The position numbers and the translations under genes are program-made. The notes under the pieces were generated by a model that searched no databases, had not been told where the DNA came from, and worked only from the letters and a program-made list of their open reading frames with translations. Positions 53,099 to 64,000 of a stretch of 64,000 nt of DNA are shown here, in pieces. Source of the stretch: Octopus bimaculoides (Eukaryota). The first letter of the stretch is position 1; each line of letters begins with the position of its first letter. The stretch lies in assembly GCF_001194135.2 (NCBI RefSeq), contig NC_069002.1:32620578-32684577 (forward strand), read 5' to 3'.

Positions 53099-54331
53099 TA
53101 GGGAGAATGAAAGCAGAGTAAGCGACTAACATATAAAGAGGTAAAAAGATTGATGATATGATGGAGAAAGAGATAGACAAAGATAGAGAAAGAGAAATAT
53201 TAGCAGATAGGGACGTATAAAACTGATAAAATAATTTGAAATAGCGGGAGAGAAAGAGAGAGAGGGATAGAGAGAGAGAGAGAAAGAGAGAGAAAGAGGG
53301 AGAGAAGTGTATGCTGGGAAGTTATATGGTAGTAGTTCTCTGTGAGGTAATATAACGTTGATATCGATGAATGTTTGAAGTTCGTCAGGAAAGATAATCT
53401 ATGGTAGACATGACGATGCCGTCTTTGACAAATGATTACCAGCAGTGCATATTGTAGAAAATTTTAAAAAAGAAGGGTATTTTATTTTCATATAAAAATT
53501 TAATATTTGAAATATTGCGAGCGAAAAGGTCAAATATTCACGATTCAGACGTCGTCAAGAATTGTATAAATTTGAACCTCTCTTTCTTTCCATTCTTCAA
53601 AAGAAGAATAGAATTCGTTTTCTTGTGAAAAAAAAAGAATAAAATAATAATAAAAAACAGAACCATTATTAAAATAAATCGATTGTTCGGTAAATATATA
53701 CAGAGTTTAATTCCGTACAAAACATTTTGTGCAGAGTAAAAAAAAAAGAGAGAGAAAGAAAAACAACCATAAACGCATACAAAAACCGTATATAAAAGAA
53801 CTGTATGATGCCCGCTTCTGTGCCCATATAACAATGGCGTCACAAGATACAATAACACTGTTTCACCGATATTTTACAAATGTCGAACGAAGAATAACGG
53901 TACACAGGGAAAAAGCAATAGCGAGAGAGAGAAACAAAAAGACAAAATGGAAGGGAAAAGACGAACAAATATAAAAAATAGGAAATGAACGAAAAATAAC
54001 ATGTAAAGTATTATAGAAATGGTGAACGAGAACAAAATACGATCACTGCTTACCATTGTAGACGTCTAAAGGAAGCGAACCGAAAACAAATCTATTGTAC
54101 TATTTTGTAGGTTTAAAAACATAAAAGAAAGACAAAAGATCAACAGATTGAATTCTGGATTTGTTCGGAGAAAAGGAGGCATGAGATATATATGTGTTGA
54201 TGCTGTCGTTGTGGCAGAAGACTTTGTAGTTATTGTTATAGCACTTGTACCATCTTCACCAAAGGTTGGCTCTGGTTGAGCAGACATATGATCAGAAGTC
54301 TTCCAACTGTGACCATCCAGCTTATACATAC

Positions 54332-54379
<48 letters not shown>

Positions 54380-54393
<14 letters not shown>

Positions 54394-54535
54394 GGGAGAA
54401 TTTACGAAAAAAAAAACAACAGACGAGGACAGGGGAATAGAGAAAGTCTTTAACGTTTCGAGCTACGCTGTTCAACAGAAAGAAATAAGGAGAAAAACAA
54501 GGAGAAAAAAAATTTAAATGTCGTGGTCAGCGGGT
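54380..54535 (-). mobile_element. Probable Penelope-like terminal-repeat remnant carrying a hammerhead-like motif
   Basis: The minus strand at 54483-54447 reads TCTTT-CTGTTGA-ACAGCGTAGCTC-GAAACGTT-AAAGA. This CTG..GA...CGAAACG layout is characteristic of PLE termini. The family assignment is inferred. Confidence 0.5.
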
Positions 54536-54575
54536 TGGAAAGGAAGCTTCTTACAACAACTCATACCTGCGCAGC

Positions 54576-54643
<68 letters not shown>

Positions 54644-54990
54644 CCCGTGTATGTATATATGTATATGCATATATAATCATTTATTCACTATCATCGAAGT
54701 AATACATATATGACGTGCATTCAAAGCTCCTTTACGGTTATGAGCTCTCAAAGTCATTCACCTGATGATCTGCGTGTACAAAGCTACTGATGGATCATGT
54801 TTATGTAATATTTTTAGAAGAACGTGTACAATAAGGGAAACTCAGCTTCTAACAGCTTTTAATTATGCACGGAAACAATTGTGATTTATGATTGAAGCCT
54901 GTTCATTCCAACAAGTTTCTTGTATAAATTTACATATATATTTATCAAAAGTATATACAAAAATTTCAATACGAGATGAATTGGACAGAT

Positions 54991-55037
<47 letters not shown>

Positions 55038-55399
55038 TATAATTATATACACAATTATAATAAGGGGTCAGCTAAGTACCTCTCCACGTGCTGAATTAGA
55101 AATAAGCGCTGTCTTTTCTACTATCATAAAATCTCCGAGACAAGAACACATTTTCAATGTTGGCAAAAGAAATATATATATATACTGGTATGGCGGATTT
55201 TACGTGAAATTAAAATCCATGGCATGGACGTTGGTAACGTGCATGTATAGGCAACAGACAGTTTTCTTCAAACCAAGAAAACAAGAAAGGGAAAAGGCTA
55301 GGTCCGCAAAAATGATCAGAAGCATGGTCAATCTTCACTAAGAAAAGCCATCCCCCTACACACAGATTAACGCACTTACGCGCGTGCATACATATACAG

Positions 55400-55714
55400 A
55401 CTGGCAATCTGTCAGTTACGACGACGAGGATTCCAGTTGATCTGATCAATGGAACATCCTCCTCGTAATATTAACGTACAAGTGGCTGAGCATTCCTAAG
55501 ACCCGCTACCATTAACGTAGTTCTTAGGGAGATTCAACTTCACACAGGATGTGACAAAGCTGGCACTTTGAATTACAGGTACAACTAATTTTTCCCAGCT
55601 GAACGGACTGCAGCATCGTGAAATGAAGTATCTTGCTCAAGGACACAAAGCGCCCGCGGGAATTGAACTCACAACCCCACGATCGTGAACCGGATGCCCT
55701 TACCATTTGATCAC
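55400..55714 (-). mobile_element. SINE: D head and core with C-type 3' half
   Basis: Aligns to the reverse complement of 4861-5178, including the B-box GAGTTCAATTCC and the 3' palindrome at 55431-55456. Confidence 0.87.
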
Positions 55715-57691
55715 ACACACAAATATAGATACGTGTGAGCGTGTGTGCCTCTTAACTGTATTACTATATTCTTAGAAGACAATCGTCTCTGACTCACACG
55801 CAGAGTATAAGCGAACGCTGATATTGACATTCTATAAATCTCATGACCCGAGTAAACCACGATGGCAGCCATCACACGACAAAATTACACGAACGAATTT
55901 ATGCAATATCTCCCACTGCGTTAAACATGGTAGTGAGCGATTTGAAGAAGAATTTGGTCGCTATTTCTTGCAGTATTAAGTGATTACGTAGAGGCTCCAT
56001 CTTGTGTACTTTATCAGGCATTCTGCTGAGTCGAAGATGATGATAGAGTTTCTTTCATATTACTTTCGTTCGCTTACAATTTTCAAACGATTGATAAATG
56101 CTGTAATCTTTTATCCGCCATCTATATTCACCCTATTGTTTCATTAAAACCCCTTTGTATTTGCGAAAACATTGTCTTCTATTCAATATCATTTTAATAT
56201 AATAAAATAGTCGAATGATCCGCCAACCATCTAGGTTTTCCTTTAAACTTCGATTGATAGTTTCAATAATGGCGCATAATTCTTATAGAATAGTCTTTGT
56301 TAATTATGGAAATATCGATCCGAGATTAAACCATGAAAACAAAAGAACAGGAAATGTGTATTTAGATGGAGAGAGAAAACGGGAAAGCGCCAGGCTTTAA
56401 CATGCTCAATTGAATAGCTTTCTACATATCTTAGATACACTTATTGAAAACGAGATTTCCATTTAGAAAACAAATGGTATTCTTACCAAATCATATTCAT
56501 CTTAATCATATATTTCTAGAGCCGGGATAGGCCTTATTTTTCGTCACTTATCCTTCGATCATCTTCCTTTTACAAATTATTATTTTGCTAAATCATTTTG
56601 TTTCTTCTTTAAGTATTTTTCGTTTAATTACCAATCTGTCGACCTCCAGATAAAATAAGTATGCCTTGTTCTATAATATACATACATTGTCTCTATATTT
56701 CTATTCTATTCGTGTTCTCAGCAATCAGATATTCTAGCCATAGTTACCCCAACAAAGGGACTATATTTTAATGAGAACACTTAATAATCTACACCGTTGT
56801 ACAAAATCATGTTTCTCACAAACTATACCGCGAATTAGCTGATCTGTCGTTTTCTCTCATTCTCTGCTCTATCTCTGTCTACCTGTCTCTCTTTCTTTAA
56901 ATATACATACATACATGCATACATACATGCATACATACATGCATACATACATGCATACATACATGCATATATACATATATATNNNNNNNNNNNNNNNNNN
57001 NNNNNNNNNNNNNNNNNNNNNNNNNNNNNNNNNNNNNNNNNNNNNNNNNNNNNNNNNNNNNNNNNNNNNNNNNNNNNNNNNNNNNNNNNNNNNNNNNNNN
57101 NNNNNNNNNNNNNNNNNNNNNNNNNNNNNNNNNNNNNNNNNNNNNNNNNNNNNNNNNNNNNNNNNNNNNNNNNNNNNNNNNNNNNNNNNNNNNNNNNNNN
57201 NNNNNNNNNNNNNNNNNNNNNNNNNNNNNNNNNNNNNNNNNNNNNNNNNNNNNNNNNNNNNNNNNNNNNNNNNNNNNNNNNNNNNNNNNNNNNNNNNNNN
57301 NNNNNNNNNNNNNNNNNNNNNNNNNNNNNNNNNNNNNNNNNNNNNNNNNNNNNNNNNNNNNNNNNNNNNNNNNNNNNNNNNNNNNNNNNNNNNNNNNNNN
57401 NNNNNNNNNNNNNNNNNNNNNNNNNNNNNNNNNNNNNNNNNNNNNNNNNNNNNNNNNNNNNNNNNNNNNNNNNNNNNNNNNNNNNNNNNNNNNNNNNNNN
57501 NNNNNNNNNNNNNNNNNNNNNNNNNNNNNNNNNNNNNNNNNNNNNNNNNNNNNNNNNNNNNNNNNNNNNNNNNNNNNNNNNNNNNNNNNNNNNNNNNNNN
57601 NNNNNNNNNNNNNNNNNNNNNNNNNNNNNNNNNNNNNNNNNNNNNNNNNNNNNNNNNNNNNNNNNNNNNNNNNNNNNNNNNNNNNNNNNNN

Positions 57692-57724
<33 letters not shown>

Positions 57725-57756
57725 CATCTGTGTATGTATTATACATTCATCTAATC

Positions 57757-58217
57757 GTTTATTCGTTTACTTGTTCCAATCATGTGACTACGGTCACGCT
57801 ACAGCACCGTCTCTAAGGGTTTTAGTCGAACGAAATCAACTCCGCGACATTTTTCAGCCTAGTACTTACCTTGTCGGTCTCTTTGCCAAACCGCTAAGTT
57901 GTGAGGACGTAAACACTCAAACACCTGTTTTCAAGCGTTGTTGTTGTGGTGGTGGTGGTGGGGGGGAAGAATGGACAAAGAAATACACAAAGACACACAC
58001 ATATAGATACATACATACATACATACATACATACGTACATACATACACATGCATAGACATATATACGACGGGATTCTTTAAGGTTCCGTCTACCAAATCC
58101 ACTCACAAGGCTTTAGACGACCCGAGTCTGTAGAAAACCTGCGTAAGGTTCCACGCATTGGGACTGAACCCAGGACAATGTGATTAGGAAGCAGGCTTTT
58201 TACCACACAGTCACGCT
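57757..58217 (-). mobile_element. Full-length SINE family A with expanded internal repeats
   Basis: Aligns to 49945-50354. Internal (TACA)n at 58005-58045 and a GTT/GGT/G run at 57937-57966. Confidence 0.9.
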
Positions 58218-58582
58218 TAATTATCTGCATGAATATATATATATATATATATANNNNNNNNNNNNNNNNNNNNNNNNNNNNNNNNNNNNNNNNNNNNNNN
58301 NNNNNNNNNNNNNNNNNNNNNNNNNNNNNNNNNNNNNNNNNNNNNNNNNNNNNNNNNNNNNNNNNNNNNNNNNNNNNNNNNNNNNNNNNNNNNNNNNNNN
58401 NNNNNNNNNNNNNNNNNNNNNNNNNNNNNNNNNNNNNNNNNNNNNNNNNNNNNNNNNNNNNNNNNNNNNNNNNNNNNNNNNNNNNNNNNNNNNNNNNNNN
58501 NNNNNNNNNNNNNNNNNNNNNNNNNNNNNNNNNNNNNNNNNNNNNNNNNNNNNNNNNNNNNNNNNNNNNNNNNNNATATATG

Positions 58583-58634
<52 letters not shown>

Positions 58635-59462
58635 CGATGAAAATAATTGAAAACCACTCAGGTTATATTTCACATCGAAGATAGAAGCGTAAGCCATGCA
58701 ATCCGCTATTTTAAGCAACTCTGATGCGAATACTTTAGAAGACGTATAAGCGCCTCTATAAATGAAATTTTCGATCTAACTTAAATCTTGAAGAATCAAT
58801 CTGGATAAGGGTCAGGATCTTGGAGATTATAACAAACCTTTAGAAGCTTCTCTCTGCAAGAACTCTGTGTTATGTCTAAACTATAATTAATAATGTTGTC
58901 TTAGAATGGATCTAAATAAAATGGTGTTACTGTTTGAACAATTATGGAGAGCCATGATTAAGTCTTGTAAATCTCGTTCTTGACAATAACATCAAATATT
59001 AGCGAAATTATTTAATCTGGAAGAGTAACATTATCTTATCATCGTTCTTCTGTTGGCTTATACCTGAGTGTATAGGGCTCAAGCCGATACATGCATACAT
59101 ACATGCTTACATACATACATATATACACTTGCTAGGAAACGTGTCTTATTAATAATAAGATTCCCTTTCATGACCCATTGGGCGGACATTTTGGCATCAA
59201 TACTTTATAATTGATTGAATCCCCGCCAGTTTTCTTTTTATATCAATCTGAAATGCAATCGTTGAAATGGCAAAACCAGTATCTCGTCCCTATTGTGTCG
59301 CAGACAAGTCGACGTAATAGCGCCAGTATTCTTCTAGAGATCATACCTAATCCAATATCTAGATTTTTCGAATATTTTATAGTTCTAAGCGGCTCTGAAT
59401 TTAGCCATGATTCACAAACCAAGGGTACAAGGAATCCCTGTCGGTGTGAAAATCCAATCCTT

Positions 59463-59700
59463 AACGCTGATCCTCTCGAACGCTGATCCTCCTGAAGGCT
59501 GATCTTCCTGACCGTTGACCCTCCTGAATGATGATCCGTCTGAAAGCTGATCTTCCTCAACACTGAACTTCCTGAACGCTAATCCAGCAGAACGTGGATT
59601 TTCCTGAACGCTGATCCTTCTGAATGCTCATCCTCCTGAAAGCTGATCTCTCTGAACGCTGAGCTTCCTGAACGCTGATTCTCCTGAACGCTGTTCTTGA
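59463..59700. repeat. 16-bp minisatellite, 14 full units plus 1 partial, no indels
   Basis: Consensus AACGCTGATCCTCCTG. Units start at 59463+16n through 59687. Confidence 0.95.
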
Positions 59701-59748
59701 ACAATCACGTTTTTATCTCGCTTCCGTGGCAAATGTTGACTTGTATAG

Positions 59749-59788
<40 letters not shown>

Positions 59789-59829
59789 TCGGATTGCTTA
59801 GCCAAAGTTCACCTCATGTTCTTGTTTAT

Positions 59830-60310
59830 GCCTTTTGTTAGCATACAATTATTGAAATACACTGCCTTGTTTTCTTTTAATCTTGAAAATAACGAAGAAT
59901 TTATTACAATAACTTTGCCTTGATCAAGCTGGAATTTGGAACACAGCATGAAATTTTGAGGAAAACTTTTAATTAGAACAATTTAAAACAGTTACTTTAT
60001 ATCATATAACCAGAGATGGTTCCAAAGACGCTCGTCGCATGATGGTTCATTTTCTTTATGCGCTGATCCTAAGATGCATCATAGAAAATATAAATGTAAA
60101 TGAAATCTTAAGACTTAACCTTTTTGCTACTATATTTCTGTTGAAATAACTTGCGTTTCTTTGAGTTCATTTGGAAAATAACTAAGAATTTAATAAATAA
60201 AATTTCATCATTATTAAGCGAGTGTTTAGAACGTAAATTAACATGAAATTTTGATGGAAGATTATTGTTTTAGCTCATGTTAAAATAGGAACTCTATTTC
60301 TCAGAATCAT
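59830..60310 (+). repeat. Two diverged direct copies (about 190 bp each) of an AT-rich dispersed repeat
   Basis: TTGAAATA..TGC..., GAAAATAAC.AAGAATTTA, AAGC.G..TTT.GAAC and CATGAAATTTTGA occur in both about 59830-60025 and about 60114-60310, roughly 287 bp apart. Confidence 0.75.
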
Positions 60311-61611
60311 AGACATTAAACGCTACTCCGTCAATATACAACTGAAGCGACATTAGTTAGGCGACTCTACTGTTAGGTAGAGGTGCACCACAGCACTGTC
60401 GTCCCTGCCTGGTCACAAGACCTGTCAAAAATAGCTGTCAAATCTTATGCCGCTACTTGCTTTAAAGAAAGAAAAAACGAAAAGCACATTAAATAAGGTA
60501 GTTTTCGACGTAAAAGAATTAACTGCACGAGAGCAGCAACAAAAGCATCGGCAAAAGGATTCAGATCAGAAATCCATCAAAAAAATAAATCTACACAATA
60601 CTTTCTCTGCGACATAACACGCGATATCGATGTCGATCTCTCGAGATCTCGTGTGAAATAAACTGCTAAATTGTTGCCTACCTATAATATTGATCGACTC
60701 CAAGATAAACCTAGCCGTTTAATATAATAGTTAAAAGTATTTTAGTGAAAGATTCAACGCTATTTCTCTGTAGATTGGAGTTGATAAAACATTGATCCTT
60801 TTAACCGGAACTCGAAAATCTTATCATCTGGACCAGCTGCGCATGTATTTCACTTCACAAGCTAATCTAAATATCCTTTTCTGTTAATAGAATAAATAAT
60901 GATTCCTGCGAACGGAAATGTGCGACACATCGACCACGAGACGTAACGGAACTTTGCGTTTGATAATACTTCACATGAAACAGTTTAGCAAAACAAAAAC
61001 AAAAACAAAAAAACAACAACAACAACCAAGCTGGTTGTAGTACTATATTCGATAGGAGCAGACTTGCAGACTGCCTAAACCCATCAAGGTAGTAACATAA
61101 CCAAATAACTATCGCAATCTGAGAATCTGGCAATCTAAAATAAATATTGATTTTTCACAGCATTACACTTTGGTAAATATTTGCACGCTGTGCATTACAT
61201 TTTCAACCTAAAACCAGCGACTATCAAACACATTTATTTGGCTGTATCTATTTCGTCAATATCTCTCTGCACTGACATCGATCGAAGATATGAAGCCTAA
61301 TTAGCTAACAATTGTAAGATAGTTGACATTTATTGGTGAGATCTATTAAGTCTCACAAATTACAATTGCCATATATCTGGTCGATCTATGGAGATAAAAA
61401 AAAATCTTTATCTAGTTCACATCAGTTATATACCGCTTCTACTTGGTCAACACAGGGACATGCAACGAATGCCATTTTAGTATCGATACAAATACAACAC
61501 CACATAGGTGCACACGTTTCAGCTCTAGATGTATGCTTTCGTTGTCCTTACTTTTTATATTTAGACAATTTTAACGTGTTGTATGTGTCTACTCAATACT
61601 TACACACCAAG

Positions 61612-62006
61612 GAGACAAGATGGTAGAGTCATTAACACGCTAGGCGAATTTTTTTAGCGGCATTCCATCGGCCTTTACGTTCTGAATTCAAACTTCACCG
61701 AGATCGGTTTTGCTTTGCCCTTTTTTCGGGATCGATAAAATAAATACCAATTGAACATCGGGGTCGATGTAATCGACTTAGTTCCACCACCGGAACTCGC
61801 TGGTCTTGTACCAACATTTCAAACCAATATTTCCAGAGAAAAAGGCGACGAACTGTCACGATCGTTAACACGGCAGGCAAAACGCTTAGTGTTATTTCGT
61901 TTGCCTTCCATCCTTCCGGATAAAATAAGTACCAGTTAAGTACTGGGGTCGATATAATTGACTTACACTCTCTCGCGAAATTGCTGGCCTTGTGCCTAAT
62001 TTTGAG
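61612..62006 (+). mobile_element. Two tandem SINE family B copies (61612-61830; 61844-62006 with an internal deletion)
   Basis: Both have the head, ACCAGTT or ACCAATT, CTGGGGTCGAT or CGGGGTCGAT, and the GCTGG(C/T)CTTGT tail. Confidence 0.85.
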
Positions 62007-62029
62007 GGGATTCTAAGTTGATTGCATTG

Positions 62030-62344
62030 GCTCGAATACTAGACTGTTATTTTATTTCATCATCCGTCGAATGATATAAGGCGAAGTCGACCTCGGCGGA
62101 ATTTGAGCTCAGAATGTAATTTCCCATAATAATAATAATAATAATAAAACTAATTTCAAATTTTGGCACAAGGCCAGCAATTTCAGGAAGTGTGTAAGTC
62201 AATAACATCGACCCCAGTGCTCAACTGTTACCTATTTTATCGACCCCACATTGATGAATGGCAAAGTCAACTCAGAACGCAATGTCTGTCGAAATGTTGC
62301 TAAGCATTTTGTCCAGCATACTAACAATTCACCCACTCGCAGCC
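62030..62344 (-). mobile_element. Two SINE family B copies in reverse orientation (partial 62030-62119; 62152-62344)
   Basis: GTCGACCTCGGCGGAATTTGAGCTCAGAA, and TTCAAATTTTGGCACAAGGCCAGCAATTTC...ATCGACCCCAGT...GCTAAGCATTTTG. Confidence 0.85.
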
Positions 62345-63093
62345 ATATTATTGATAATAATAATGATAATAATTATCATTAATAATCATGTCTCCACCAT
62401 CAGTAATAATATCCCCATCCTATTGTATAATAAATCATCACAACAAATTCATTATATCTATATAGGATTTCGCTAAATTATACCATTCTGTCTTCTCTGC
62501 TGTACCTTATTCTGCATTCATTTATCCGCCCTTACGTTCGCATATCGTATGTATATATTAACGTATTTAAAGAGAAATGGAGACAGTAATATAAATATAT
62601 GGATAGATAAATGGATAGACATATGCATAATTTCCATTATGTATTTAAAAAAAAAACTATGAATATATACACACCTTTAACAAAACAAGGGAAGCCCAAC
62701 ACAATACGAGGGAACATAATTGAAAGAAAACCCCCAACTCAATAGGGTTTGGAGAATCTCTGGCATTTTAGCAAAAACATCTCATTTAAACTTTTTTCCT
62801 ACAAATAATTCTGAATTCTTAAGTGGTATAAATAAGTCATTAAGGAATAAAAAACATTAATTCCCCCCCAAAAAATAAAATAAATATAAAGATATAAAAA
62901 TAATAAATAGGTCACGTGTTTATAAAGTTCATAAGATCAAGCTTATTCAGTTAGGTGCGTTTTTGATTGGTATTGCTCGCGATTATTCTTCAGAGAACTC
63001 ATTCCACAGAATAGATTGAAGGGAAGAAAAAAGACAGAGAGAGAGAGGGAAAGAGAGCGAGAGAAAGACAAGCAAGAAAGAAAATCATATAAA

Positions 63094-63138
<45 letters not shown>

Positions 63139-63154
63139 NNNNNNNNNNTATAAA

Positions 63155-63193
<39 letters not shown>

Positions 63194-63818
63194 AGAAACG
63201 ATAGAAAAATATGGTAGATGCTGTGATTCCAGCTACTTAATTGGTGCTAAAAATGCATACGTGTGTAGGAGATTTACAAACACATTTATTCTAATTCTTC
63301 TTATAATCTCTTCACGTAATTCCACAAAATTGAAGACACCTACGCAAAAGAAGCAAACTTAATTGAATTAATCTCGAAGCTTCTAGTTGCAGTTCAGTTT
63401 TATATTTTTTAACATTCAATAAAGTGTAATTACGTACACATCTAATTAAATACTGAAAATAATTTATCAAGAAATATGCACATAGATTTCTATACAGTTT
63501 AATCTTTTATATTTAAAAGCAATTTTGTTTACTAGTCTTTGTTGTCTTCTTATTTTGGTGTTTTTGTTTGTGTGTGTGTGTGTGTTCTTTTTGCTGTTGT
63601 TGTTGGCTCATCACATTCATTCTTACATTCCTGTGTGTTTGAGGCTTTTTTCCATAGAAAATAATCTATATGGTTCTAAAAAGATATCCGGAATATCATA
63701 GCATCTCACATCCCTATGCACAAAATAGACAACCGGAAGTAAAAGAAAAGGAAGAAAACATAACCATAATAATAACGATGGCGGTAATAATAATAATAAC
63801 AATAACAGCATGAACAAC

Positions 63819-63874
<56 letters not shown>

Positions 63875-64000
63875 AGAAGAAGAAGAAGAAGAAGAAGAAG
63901 AAGAAGAAGAAGAAGAAGAAGAAGAAGAAGAAGACGAAGAAGAAGAAGAAGAAGAAGAAGAAGAAGAAGAAGAAGAAGAAGAAAAAGAAGAAGAAGAAGA

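Noticed and set aside
54066-54329. 87-aa Ser/Thr-rich ORF on the minus strand
   Set aside because: It starts in a (TA)/(TACA) flank, has no recognisable motif and no good splice sites.
59463-59700. CRISPR-like array
   Set aside because: The units are contiguous with no unique spacers, the context is eukaryotic and there are no cas genes.
63088-63190. TATAAAGATG(AG)n repeated on both sides of a 10-N gap
   Set aside because: Typical contig-end overlap artefact.

Overview
Eukaryotic, AT-rich, extremely microsatellite-dense DNA from a short-read scaffold with 23 N-gaps (about 9 kb), most of them flanked by simple repeats. The dispersed-repeat families look like those I recall from octopus (coleoid cephalopod) genomes; that assignment is an inference. 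I recognise no intact host gene, RNA gene or CRISPR array. Almost all ORFs in the supplied track are artefacts of microsatellites or N-runs. What the sequence supports is transposable-element debris. (1) A 5'-truncated R4/Dong-type non-LTR element with an intact restriction-like endonuclease frame, sitting inside (TAA)n and partly duplicated across a gap. (2) A Tc1 transposon end with TIR and transposase N-terminus, plus a C-terminal tip on the opposite strand. (3) A decayed Penelope-like RT fragment. (4) A probable L1/Tx1 3' end. (5) A hAT-like terminus with an 18-bp amplification. (6) About 30 tRNA-derived SINE copies from several modular families, some with clear target-site duplications. 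There are also four unexplained tandem arrays (16, 21, 25 and 113 bp). The most interesting leads are a degenerate minimal hammerhead-ribozyme-like fold at 54447-54483 (-), the Tc1 strand arrangement, SINE module shuffling with a conserved 3' hairpin, and an inverted SINE cluster that could form dsRNA. I cannot support a claim of a wholly new biological system. SINE family letters A-D are my own working labels.
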